Below are positions 1-12,400 of a stretch of 57,372 bases of DNA, in pieces. A program made the position numbers and the translations under genes. Every line of letters starts with the position of its first letter. The stretch's first letter is position 1. Under the pieces are notes generated by a model. The model did no database searches, was not told the origin of the DNA, and worked only from the letters and a program-made list of their open reading frames with translations. The stretch is from NCBI GenBank assembly GCA_002269645.1, contig NIVC01004161.1, positions 1-57,372 on the forward strand, written 5' to 3'. The stretch comes from Macrostomum lignano (lineage: Eukaryota).

Positions 1-557
1 CAGTTGAAAGTGCATTGATGAAGAGGCCGATGGGGAATTGAAAAAAACTCGAGCTGTGTTTGTATAAGAAGAAAACTTCAACCTACATGGCGTTGCCAAA
101 GTTTTTGAAGCCGCCAGTCTCCAGTTCTCTCACTTCGCCATATATCGGGGCCAGTTTATGTGGACAACTAATTTTCAAAGTGTGCAAGAAAATGTTTTAA
201 GAACGTGCTTTAGAGGAAGTTTTCCTTTCCTTTATCCCTATGTCAGCCAACTTATTTGTCGGCTACAGTAAGAAGCGTCGCTTTAGGATGAGATTTAACA
301 GAAGTTGAAACGTCAGAATCATAAAAAATACTAAAAAGAACGTTCGGTATTTTAGGACATGCAAGTTTACTCGTAAATCTGCAGGTAAAAATAGTGTCCC
401 AGCACGATTTGGCATGGTCGCAATTAAAATATAGATATACATTATGTTTTTAAGCTTGGCTTTTTTATCGCACGGTATAAGGGGAGAATTATTAATCATT
501 TCTGTAAATTATCCAGCATTAATACCAGTCGAGTCTTTCATAACCATCGATCGCTAT

Positions 558-1394
558 TCAGCCAGTCAGTCTTCGCATCTGCACTCTCTGCATTGCTCCT
601 CGAACTTCTTGACGACGTTGAAGGCCCAATTGCGCGGCCCTGCCGGCGCAGGTTTGCCGAAACTCCGGCACAAATCGGGCATAGACGCACAGATTGCACA
701 CCGAATCGAGTAGGACGCACAATTCCACGCAAAATTGGAACGCTTTGCCACCGGGACTGGCCACGGGAAAGTTCGTGGCGTTCTGCAGAACTGTGCCCAC
801 GAATGCAGGAGTGTGCAGCGCGGTGAACACCATCGCCATGCACAGCACGGTGCAGCTGGCGTTCCGTCGGTTCCGGCGTCCATTCCGCTGGCTGTCTTCG
901 ACGTTGCTGTGCTGATGCCTTCGTTGGTGGTGCCGCATCATTCTAAGCACCATTGCGACTGTGAAAGACAGCACTAGAGTTACTGGTACAGCCGTTTGGT
1001 AAAGAAAATAGGCGCATATTTCGAACGGTTTAAACCAGGCGTAGTTCAGCAGTAGGTTGAATGGACTCCAGTCATTGCCGGATGTTGGTTCCATGCCGGT
1101 CTCAGCCCTTGGGACGGAAGGCACTCCGATGTGACCATAAACGTCGGAATCATCGTTGCTGTCGCCGTGACAAACTACGAACGCTTCGGCGAATGAACGA
1201 ACTATGCTTAGCGCCAGACCAATAAGCCAGGATACGACCAAGCAGAGTAGAAAGTTTTTACGTCTCAGCAGTTTTCGAGCTCTAAACGGTCTAGCCAGGG
1301 CTTCAGTTCGTTGCGCTGTTACTAAAACGTTGCACCAGTTGCGCAGACTTAGGAAGCTGTCTCCAAGGCAACAAACAAAACCAGCAAGCAGAAC
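558..1394 (-). CDS. Class A (rhodopsin-like) GPCR, exon 2 (TM3-TM7 and C-tail)
   Basis: Acceptor ttcag at 1395-96 (minus). Reads VLLAGFVCCLGDSFLSLRNWCNVLVTAQRTEALARPF (TM3/DRY equivalent), further hydrophobic helices, then VCNLCVYARFVPEFR (NPxxY/helix-8 equivalent). Continuous with ORF 558..1241. Confidence 0.8.
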   Translation of the reverse strand, partial: VLLAGFVCCLGDSFLSLRNWCNVLVTAQRTEALARPFRARKLLRRKNFLLCLVVSWLIGLALSIVRSFAEAFVVCHGDSNDDSDVYGHIGVPSVPRAETGMEPTSGNDWSPFNLLLNYAWFKPFEICAYFLYQTAVPVTLVLSFTVAMVLRMMRHHQRRHQHSNVEDSQRNGRRNRRNASCTVLCMAMVFTALHTPAFVGTVLQNATNFPVASPGGKAFQFCVELCVLLDSVCNLCVYARFVPEFRQTCAGRAAQLGLQRRQEVRGAMQRVQMRRLTG

Positions 1395-1461
1395 CTGAAT
1401 GAATATTTTTAGCGGTTCAACTCAGAACTCGAGCGATTTAATAATGAAAAACTAGATTTAC

Positions 1462-1776
1462 CTGAGGATGAGCCTCAACGTTCGTCCAGTACATGCAAGC
1501 GCCGCTAAGCACATTGATAAAATCCATATTGGCGCAAGACAAGTATAAACATTGAGTAACTGTCAGAGAAACCAAAGAGCACCGGAAGTCAGTGGATCTC
1601 CTTCGGGGAGCTCGAAGAAACACGACCAGGGTTGCCAAGGTGAGCAGCAGAGCCAGGCTGGACACTGGGAGTAAAGCCATAGACATCTTGATGTCGGTCG
1701 AGTCGCAGTAACTAGCCAGCTGCGGCCGATCTGACTGATGCTGCTCGTGTTGATAATCTGGAAAAGAGTGGCGCAC
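1462..1776 (-). CDS. Class A GPCR, exon 1 (N-terminus, TM1-TM2); start uncertain
   Basis: MSMALLPVSSLALLLTLATLVVFLRAPRRR...LVSLTVTQCLYL. The cag|gtaaat donor at 1461 is phase 0 and joins exon 2 in frame. Confidence 0.7.
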
Positions 1777-2518
1777 GAGCTGAGATTTCTATGAAGACTG
1801 CGGCGATAAAGAGCGCCCTCGAACATGACTGGAAACTGATCCGATGTACACTGAAATTGAAGCAACAAATGCAGGAATTTGTGGCGCAGTTCGGCCTGCA
1901 TCGGTTAACCGGCTAGAAAACTTTTTTATAGTTCTTCCCAGCTTGTTTCCAGCAATTAGCAAGGCGTGATTGGTAGGATTTTTATTCGCCATAAGCGAAT
2001 GCACTGGCGTGCGTCGGGCTGGTCTCTCTGGCTCCTTTTTTTAAAGTGGCTTAGAAAATTCTGAGGCTGGCCCAGTCTATCAAAATATCTTGAATTAAAA
2101 TTGAAATTTTGTGCAGTTATTTTCCACTCAGACTCGGTTTGTTCCAATATAATTTTTCGTTAGCTAAGTGACTACCTTTTTTGCATGGCAGTTTTGCGTG
2201 CACTTTAAGTGCTCAAGGGTAATACGGGCGTAGGTTAAAGGACATTGTACCCCTTGTACTTAATCCTAGAGTCTTTTGCCTCGATGAAGTTATTTGCAAG
2301 CTGAATATATTTTATAGCGCGAAGCAAGAATTCGCATGCACATGCGATACTGCTTTTAGACATTTAAAAAGGCACCATTGCTATTTCACTTTTTTGTTGT
2401 GGAACTCATGCTTTGACTTTATGGTTCCTTTTGCTGTTGTTCGGGTTCACATGTGTTTACTAAAGTGTCTGATAAATCATTAGTTCATGGCTACCTAAAC
2501 AAATCATTTCACACCTAG

Positions 2519-3452
2519 ACTGTTTCTGACACAGCACCTGTACGCCGCCAATGAAGTTCTGCAAGGCTGTCTGTCTCACGTTCAGCAATTGTGCGAGGCG
2601 GCGTGTCCAAGAGCTGCATCGGTGCAGCAGCAGCAGCAGCTCAATCAGTCCTCAGCTTCTCCAGGCATTGCGCTGCTCGTTTTAAACCCGAACGAGCCCT
2701 TGCCGCTCGATGAATTCCTGGATAGGCAGGCCACTCAACGTCAACTAGGCGCGAAAGCTATCGTCGCGTTGCGTCAGACCATCGTCGAGTTGGCTTACGA
2801 GTCCTGCGCCGTAGTGGCCGAAATGGAGGGCATCACGACTGGCATCCGGGATCCCCAAGACCCGTCCGACTGTCGGCCGAACGCGTAGCCGATTTGACTC
2901 TGCCGCCGGGCGCTTCAACTGCGTCGCCTCGACGATCGACCGCTGAACCGTCTTACGCTGAGCGCGGCCAGTGGAAGAAGATTCTGCGCCGGCTGTGCGA
3001 GTTTCTGCGTCTACTCGACTGCCAGGTGATGGACCTGCTGCACCGCTTGGTACTGCGCGACGTGCGCCGCCTAGTGGACTTTCTTGGCGCCTCCTGCGTC
3101 GAAGGCGAACGACTGGCGACCGAGGCTGAGCGACGTCGACTGGCGAATCAAAGCAACAGCGCCATGGAATTTGATAGTGACGGCGAAACTGATGCCGGGG
3201 TTAAGGAGCCTGTGGACAAGCGCCCTCCAGCTCAGGCCCAGCCTGGCGCCGACGACGGCATTCCGCGATTCGATTTCGAGCGTCGACCGGAGGTTCAAGT
3301 ACCGCCCGATCCTGACGCCGTGCTGGCCGCTGTAAAAGCTCAGCGTCAGGTCACACGACCGCCTGAGGCTGCGCTGAAGCTGCGACTGCAGCTCGACTTT
3401 GTATCTGCGGCTGAGGCGGCGGCGGCTGCTGATACTAGAGGGGCCGTTTATA
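2519..3452 (+). CDS. Dynein heavy chain exon (tail) with a 1-nt frameshift near 2850-2887
   Basis: Acceptor cctag 2518, donor gtgagt 3453. ORFs 2589..2888 and 2894..3466 are two frames of one exon. Confidence 0.7.
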
Positions 3453-6400
3453 GTGAGTTTTATTGACTATAATAATCCATATAATCTCTATGCCTGATGT
3501 AGTTGATTTGAAGAAAGAAGCTTTCTCTTTGGGGAATAAATTTACGATCCTTATTATTTTTGTGTCGTAAACAAAAAATGGTAAAACAATAAAGTTGTGC
3601 CAACGTTATTGTCTCATTAAAATTGCTTAATATATGGCGATTTTGTTGAGTGGCATTTACCCGCGAAAAAAATTTATTCATAAATAGAAATTTGTTGTGT
3701 TCAGCCTAATTCTAGGCATTATTGCTTTTTTGTCGCATCATTAAGTTTAGCTTTAGGGGTTGGCACACTTTCTGGAGGCAAAGGTTCACGGGACAAATGT
3801 CATACGAGCGCGCATATTTCATTTGTAAGCAATAGCGTCTATGTTTTTCCTTTTCGTCTTTTAGAGTTTCATTGCAGAAAATTTCAGTATTCACTAATAC
3901 TTTGGAAGCGAAAGTTAGGTCCGACTGTTATTATGGTTATGTTATCGTCATGTTATGCTAGGTAATGCTATGTTATGTTAAGAGTACGTTTTAGTAAAAA
4001 TTACCCGTATTTCTTGCTCTCCCTCAGAGCCGGCCTCCGCCCAAGCCAGCCAACGTCGACGGCAGACCACGGCCACCTCATCGTCAATTTCATTTGGCGG
4101 CGTTGGCGCTTCAACTTTTGCCGACGCGGACAGCAACGCTGCTAACGAAGACGACGATCTACAGGATGAAGACGTCAACGAAGACGATGGGAGCGATGGA
4201 ACCTCGTCTGAGACCGACGACAATCAGGACGACGACGACGATGACAACGAGAATGCGTCGAGACACGGGGACGACGCACCAGAAGAGAAAATGGGTAGCA
4301 AGGATCTTCGCGCCCTGCCGGTCACTAAGCCCGAGCATTCCGAGCTTCGAATGCGCCTAACGGAGCTCGTCTCAGCCACCGAGCAATGCGCACTCGAAGC
4401 GCCCAGCCTGCTAAAATGCGACCGACTGCGCGTGTTCGACTATCGCAAATACGACAAGCGACAGTCGCAGTCGAGACCTGCTTCCGGCGCATCTGCCGAC
4501 AACAAATCCGTTGCCGATGAGGAAGACAAAGACGACGAGACGGTGGCCACTCTCGGTGGCGACATGACCTGGCCAAATCGTCAGCTGCTCTTCGACAGCG
4601 ACGCGGCGCATCAGGCGGCTCTGTCGGAGCTGAGCAGCACCGTCGACCGATCAGAGTCAAACGTGGCCGCTTTCGCTCGCCAGTTTATCCGTTTCTGCGG
4701 CATGGTGGACACAGCTAAGCAGTTGGACGTTCACAAGGCTAACGCTAAGCGTCCGTGGCAGACGGAAGATTTTCATCGGGCGCTGCTAACCTTCACCGAG
4801 CACGTTTCGGCTATGAAATCCATGGTGCCAGAGCAGCGCGTAGATTTTGTTAGCGTATCAACCGAAGATTTCGCTTCGTCGTGTCTGCCGCACCCGTCTC
4901 GAGTGCTGGGACAGATCAGCGAAATCCTGCCGCGGCAGGCTCACGCCAGAAACGTTGCCCTGCTTAACCACGTGCACGACGCATCGAAACGGTTGGACAT
5001 CACGCCGGACAACGTCGAACAGTTTGTCGATCATTTGACCTTCTTAAACAAGACGGCCGCCGAGCTGCCCGCTATGGAAAAAGAGTTCCTAGTTGTTAAT
5101 AGGATGTTCACCATCGCCAGAGATTTCGGTGTACAGTTGGAAGCCGAAAGCATGGCTCTGTACAAAACTCTGGGACCGAGCTACCAACGATTGAAGAACA
5201 TCGTCATGTACCACGAGGCCAAGAAGGAAGAAAGTGTGCAACGCTTCAGCGCTGACCTGGAGAGCCTCATCAACAAGATTAGGAACGAGATCACCGACCT
5301 GAGAGTGGAGGTCAATCAGCCGATGTTTCTAAGTCGAGCGACCGCAGAGAAAACTGCGGTCGAAGCGATCCGCGAGCTCCAGGAGAAAGTCGGCGGACTG
5401 AGCATCAAAGCGCGCAGCTACGCCTCCTATCAGGAGCGATTCGGCAGCCAGGCCCAGGCTAGACAAGCTCGCTTCTTCTCCGAGTGAGTGAATGCTCCAA
5501 GATAATTCTAAATCCCACTTTTTTATTTCGATCCCACATCTCAGGATCTGAGATTTTAGGATTTTAGGATTTTAGGATCCCCAGATGCCACATCCCCAGA
5601 TGCCACATCCCCAGATGCCACATCCCCAGATGCCACATCCCAGATGCCACATCCCCAGATGCCACATCCCCAGATGCCACATCCCCAGATGCCACATCCC
5701 CCACATCCCCAGATGCCACATCCCCAGATGCCACATCCCCAGATGCCACATCCCCCAGATGCCACATCCCCAGATGCCACCCTCTTGCTTCCCGCATCCG
5801 CCCACAGAGCCACTCCGGAGGTGCCAGCAGCACTGCCAAAGCGATTCAGCAGGAGCTGGCTGAGCTGGAGCGCGACCTCACGCTGCGCCGCCTACTCTGG
5901 GACAGCCTGGAGGAATGGCGCCAGCTGCACAAGGAGCTGGAGCTGACGCCACTGCACCAGTTGAACGTGGACAGTCTACAGAAGAGCGTCGCCAAGTTCA
6001 CCCAGACAGTTTTCATGCTAGAGAAAGGCCTGCCTCATAACGACGTTCTGCCGCACCTCAAGGAGGAGGTGATGGAGTTCAAAACCGGGATGCCGGTTGT
6101 GCTGGCGCTTAGGAATCCAAATTTGAAGCCGCGGCATTGGAAAGATATTGACGACATTGTGCAGAAGAATATCAGCCAGGATGAGCTGTTGACCTTGGTG
6201 GATCTTATCGAGACAAATGTGAGTGCGGTGGCTTAGTGATGATGCGCGATGGTTGTTTGGCCTTAATTTTTTGTTTGATGTGGCATAATGGAATGACGGG
6301 ATGGGATCATTGGAGGATGGGATGATTGGGAAGAGAAGATGCTAGAATTATGGGATGATGCATGGGATGGTTGGAGGATGGGATGATAAGATGATGGGAT

Positions 6401-9400
6401 GATGGAATGATTAGATGATGGGATGATGGGATGATTAGATGATGGGATTATGGGATTCTGGGATAATAGGATGATTGGATGCTGGGATGATGGATGATGG
6501 GATGACTGGAGGATGGGATGATAGAAGTATGGGTTGATTAGATGATGGAATGACGGGATGAGATGACTGGATGATGGGATAACTATTGAGGATGTAGGAG
6601 CCTTGGATATGCATGATGAATCATGTATCCAGGATAACCGAAACGTTAATTCCAAACTCGACCCCTCTTCCCCAAAACCCGCCAGGTGCTTCGGCATCGC
6701 AACACAATCCAAGAGATTTCCACAACTGCTAGCAACGAGGCCACTCTGGAGCAGATGCTGCGCAAAGTGGTGGAGCTCTGGCAAAGCACCGAATTCCGGC
6801 TTGTCAGTCATCAAGCTCGCGGCACCTGGATCGTGTCCGGTGCTGAGGACATCCAAGCGCAGCTAGAGGAATCGCAGCTTACAGTCGGCACAATCCGGTC
6901 ATCGCGATACGTCGGACCGATTCGCAACCAAGTCGAAGAGTGGGAGCGCAGGTTGAACCTGTTCTCTCGCACCCTGGACGAGTGGATGTCCTGCCAGAGG
7001 AACTGGCTCTACCTGGAGCAGGTGTTTCACACGCCCGATATTCAACGCCAGCTGCCGGCAGAATCGAAGGCGTTCGCCTGGGTGGACAAGCAGTGGCAGG
7101 AGCTCATGCGCAAGGTTGACGACCGACCGAACGCGCTTCGATGCGGAACTTCCGCTGGCACGTTTGAAACTCTTCAACAGTGCAACATCCAGCTGGACAA
7201 GGTGCAGAAATGCCTGGAAGACTACCTGGAAACTAAACGACTTATCTTTCCCAGATTTTATTTCCTTAGCAACGACGAACTGTTGGACATCCTGGCGCAG
7301 GCCAAGAATTTGGATGCCGTACAGCCGCACCTGCCGAAGCTGTTCAGCAACGTAAAGCAGCTGGACATTCGCCAGTTGCCAAGGCAACCGCCCACAGTGT
7401 TCAATATGGCCAGCGCTGAGGGGGAAATTATGAGCATGCCAAAGTGAGTTGTGACGTCGAATTAAAGTAGAATGATTCACGGATTCACGGCTGAAAGGTC
7501 GGGGGTTCGATTCTCGACCCCCCTCGGAACAATTTGAGTCCTTGAGCAAGACACTTAACTCTGCATTGCTTCAGTTCACCCAGCTGTAAAATGGGTGCCA
7601 GCATTAGCTGGGGTAATTGAGGGTGTGTGTGGTGACCCCCCCCCCCCAGTCCTTGGACTGAACAGCCGTACGCAGCCTTCAGACGTGCCGCGCAATAGCT
7701 GCGGCTGAGCTGTCGGTTGCACATCTATCCGTCTATAGGTCAGTAATTATTGTAACAAGTCATATTATCTTAAGATTAGCATTTGGTCTGCGTTTTTACG
7801 TCTAAAAGCAGTCTTCATAGTCTGTCCAAGCAACAAAGATTCATCTAAAATGCTTTTTTGCTCTAAAACCGAAACGATTTTAAAATCGAATGCACTCTGA
7901 ATTGCAGAAATCTGCGCGCAAGAGGCGCAGTGGAGCAGTGGCTTGGCAGCGTCGAGGGCGGAATGTTCGACACCGTGAAGAAGTGAGCAATTTTGGGACA
8001 GTGTTTTGTTTAAATAATTGCTTGTACTTTGCTTTGAGCAAACATTATCCTAACGTTAGGAATGACTGAAGATATTCTTATTATGGAAAATTTTTTAAAT
8101 GCGAGAGATTACCCAAGGTGTGGGATTCCTAAGGTGTGAGATTCCTAAGTTGGGAGATTCCTAAGGTGTAAGATTCCTACGGTTTGAGATTCCTAAGGTG
8201 GTAGATTCCTTAGGTGTGAGATTCCTAAGGTGTGAGATTCCTAAGGTGTGAGATTCCTAAGGTGTGAGATTCCTAAGGTGTGAGATTCCTAAGGTGTGAG
8301 ATTCCTAAGGTGTGAGATTCCTAAGGTGTGAGATTCCTTAGGTGTGAGATTCCTTAGGTGTGAGATTCCTAAGGTGTGAGATTCCTAAGTTGGTAGATTC
8401 CTTAGGTGTGAGCTTCCTTAGGTGTGAGATTTCTTAGGTGTGAGATTCCTTAGGTGTGAGATTCTTAAACTGTGAGATTCCGAAGGTGAGAGATTTCCAA
8501 GCGGTTGAATTCCTATTCTCAGTCTGGGTGATTATCAAAGTATATGAGATTCTTAAGATGTATGAAGTTTCTAATGTTCGAGATCTTAAAAAGTGTGAGA
8601 TTTCTCAAGAATTGAGTTCCTTAATGGCTAACGATGGCTATTCCGGGACGTGAGATCCACCTATTCGTGTGGTAGTTTGAGTACAATAGCCCCTCCAGAC
8701 ATTGAAAGAATCTAATGCGTCACAATACCCAACACAAATCGCCCAGGCACATTCGCCAGGGTCTCGCTGAGCACCCAGGCTATGCTGGTAAGGGCGTGAG
8801 TCAGCTGCAGAGCTGGCTGGTTGATCACGCTGGTCAAGTCATCCTGACTGTGGTGAGTCTTCAAAGTCTAGTGACGTAATCACTGGAAAGTAGCCGAGGG
8901 ACCAGTATTTTCTATCCTTTCTATTTACCTTGGCACCCCATCTATAGTGACCTATATAGTATTATACAGTCAAGGATGTTAAAAGACCCTCAAGATAAAT
9001 CTAGAGACCCTGACAACCTATCTAGAGACCCTGATACCCTATCTACAGACCCTGACACCCTATCTAGAGACCCTGACACCCTATCTAGAGACCCTGACAC
9101 CCTATCTAGAGACCCTGAAACCCTATCTAGAGACTCTGACACCCTATCTAGAGACCCTGACACCCTATCTAGAGACCCTGAAACCCTATCTAGAGACTCT
9201 GACACCCTATCTAGAGACCCTGACACCCTATCTAGAGACCCTGACACCCTATCTACAGACCCTGACACCCTATCTAGAGACCCTGACACCCTATCTAGAG
9301 ACCCTGAAACCCTATCTAGAGACTCTGACACCCTATCTACAGACCCTGACACCCTATCTAGAGACCCTGAAACCCTATCTAGAGACCCCTGAAACCCTAT

Positions 9401-12400
9401 CTAGAGACTCTGACACCCTATCTAGAGACCCTGACACCCTATCTAGAGACTCTGACACCCTATCTAGAGACCCTGACACCCTATCTAGAGACCCTGACAC
9501 CCTATCAATGTACGGCGCATAGGTTTGTGTACCTTTCAAATAGAAAGACCGAACAAAGATTTCAATAACCTAACAAGAGGACAAAAATTCATTCCAGACT
9601 CAAATAATTTTCACCCGAAGCGTCGATGCAGCACTGAACTCGTCAGATCCACACAAAGGTGTCGTGAAATTTTCCATGAGTACAGTCCAGCTGCTCAACC
9701 AGGTGGCCGGGGTGATTTCGGCGCCGCTCAGCGAACACATCCGTCTTGCACTCGAGGCCATGCTGATAGTGAATGTGCACAATCGCGACATCTTAACCAG
9801 CTTGGCAGACAATAAGGTGTCCAGCTCTGAGGATTTCAACTGGAGAAAGTGAGTTGTGTTTAGAAATTGCCTCAATTGCACCGTAATTGTACTTTTGAGC
9901 AAAGTAATTCCACTTTTTAAACAAAGTTTGCTGGCCCTTGGTGCTGGCGCCCCTTGGTGCTGGCGCCCCTTGGTGCTGGCGCCCCTTGGTGCTGGCGCCC
10001 CTTGGTGCTGGCGCCCCTTGGTGCTGGCGCCCCTTGGTGCTGGCGCCCCTTGGTGCTGGCGCCCCTTGGTGCTGGCGCCCCTTGGTGCTGGCGCCCCTTG
10101 GTGCTGGCGCCCCTTGGTGCTGGCGCCCCTTGGTGCTGGCGCCCCTTGGTGCTGGCGCCCCTTGGTGCTGGCGCCCCTTGGTGCTGGCGCCCCTTGGTGC
10201 TGGCGCCCTTGGTGCTGGCGCCCCTTGGTGCTGGCGCCCCTTGGTGCTGGCGCCCCTTGGTGCTGGCGCCCCTTGGTGCTGGCGCCCCTTGGTGCTGGCG
10301 CCCCTTGGTGCTGGCGCCCCTTGGTGCTGGCGCCCCTTGGTGCTGGCGCCCCTTGGTGCTGGCGCCCCTTGGTGCTGGCGCCCCTTGGTGCTGGCGCCCC
10401 TTGGTGCTGGCGCCCCTTGGTGCTGGCGCCCCTTGGTGCTGGCGCCCCTTGGTGCTGGCGCCCCTTGGTGCTGGCGCCCCTTGGTGCTGGCGCCCCTTGG
10501 TGCTGGCGCCCCTTGGTGCTGGCGCCCCTTGGTGCTGGCGCCCCTTGGTGCTGGCGCCCCTTGGTGCTGGCGCCCCTTGGTGCTGGCGCCCCTTGGTGCT
10601 GGCGCCCCTTGGTGCTGGCGCCCCTTGGTGCTGGCGCCCCTTGGTGCTGGCGCCCCTTGGTGCTGGCGCCCCTTGGTGCTGGCGCCCCTTGGTGCTGGCG
10701 CCCCTTGGTGCTGGCGCCCCTTGGTGCTGGCGCCCCTTGGTGCTGGCGCCCCTTGGTGCTGGCGCCCCTTGGTGCTGGCGCCCCTTGGTGCTGGCGCCCC
10801 TTGGTGCTGGCGCCCCTTGGTGCTGCCCCTTGGTGCTGGCGCCCCTTGGTGCTGGCGCCCCTTGGTGCTGGCGCCCCTTGGTGCTGGCGCCCCTTGGTGC
10901 TGGCGCCCCTTGGTGCTAAAGCCCCTTGTTGCTAAAGCCCCTTGGTGCTAAAGCCCCTTGGTGCTAAAGCCCCTTGTTGCTAAAGCCCCTTGGTGCTAAA
11001 GCCCCTTGGTGCTAAAGCCCCTTGGTGCTAAAGCCTCTTGGTGCTAAAGCCTCTTGGTGCTAAAGCCCCTTGGTGCTAAAGCCCCTTGGTGCTAAAGCCC
11101 CTTGGTGCTAAAGCCCCTTGGTGCTAAAGCCCCTTGGTGCTAAAGCCCCTTGGTGCTAAAGCCCCTTGGTGCTAAAGCCCCTTGGTGCTAAAGCCCCTTG
11201 GTGCTAAAGCCCCTTGGTGGGTGCTAAAGCCCCTTGGTGCTAAAGCCTCTTGGTGCTAAAGCCCCTTGGTGCTAAAGCCCGTTGGTGCTAAAGCCCCTTG
11301 GTGCTAAAGCCCCTTGGTGCTAAAGCCCCTTGATGCATTTGGTGCTGGCGCCCCCCCCCGAAAAAATCCCAGCTACACCCAGAGACTTATCCCCATTCCA
11401 TTCTGCAGACAGCTTCGCTACCAATGGGACGATGTCAGCAACCAGTGCCAGGCCCTGCAGGTGGACGCAGTCATCCAATACGGCTACGAGTATCTTGGCT
11501 GCGCGCCTCGCCTGGTGCTGACGCCCCTGACAGACCGGTGCTACCTGACCCTGACAGGCGCTATGAGCCTCCACCTGGGCGGCTGCCCGGCTGGCCCGGC
11601 TGGCACTGGCAAGACGGAGACGGTGAAAGACCTCGCCAAGTCAGTGGGCAAGCACTGCGTTGTGTTCAACTGCTCGGAAGGCCTGGACTACAAGATGCTG
11701 GGCAAACTGTTCAGCGGACTGGCTCAGGCTGGAAGCTGGGCCTGCTTTGATGAGTTCAATCGAATCGACATTGAAGTGCTCAGCGTTGTTGCCTCGCAGG
11801 TGCAAACAATCAAAGCTGCCAAAGATCAATTGGCTCAACGATTCGTATTCGAAGGTCGCGAAGTGAAGCTGGACTCGTCGTGCGGCATCTTCATCACGAT
11901 GAATCCGACTTACGCTGGCCGGGTGGAGCTGCCGGACAATTTGAAATCTCTGTTCCGTCCAGTCGCAATGATGGTGCCGCACTATGCTCTCATTGCCGAG
12001 ATTCTGCTGTTCTCTGGCGGATTCCGGTCCGCGAAGATCCTGTCTAGAAAGATTGTCAATCTGTACGAGCTGACCTCTAAGCAGCTGTCGCAGCAGGATC
12101 ACTACGATTTCGGTATGCGAGCGATCAAGTACGTCCTGGTCATGGCCGGCCAGATGCGGATGAAAGCGCAGCAGGGGTGAGTGCTGTTTCAAATTTAACC
12201 TGTTGAAAATTACTACGGATCTACGTAATTGAATTCACGAATAGTTTTTAACAGTTAGGGCAAGCAGCTTTGCAGTCAGCGTGTCCGACTTTTTCGTGCC
12301 ACACGACCCCTAGCTGGTTCGGTTCCTCGAGAATTTCCTTAGCGGTGGGACCAATTTAGCTAATTGAGGCTAATTGAAACGCGTCGAATACTAGTAGTTG

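Noticed and set aside
1-500. Short ORFs 263..499 and 444..713
   Set aside because: AT-rich, no motifs, or antisense shadow of the GPCR; no supportable feature
2886-2888. In-frame TAG as programmed readthrough or frameshift in dynein
   Set aside because: A 1-nt indel explains it more simply, and similar indels recur across unrelated genes
9856-10951. Three 320-360 aa ORFs ([16 protein letters not shown])n
   Set aside because: Stop-free translations of a 16-bp intronic minisatellite; identical peptide in all three frames
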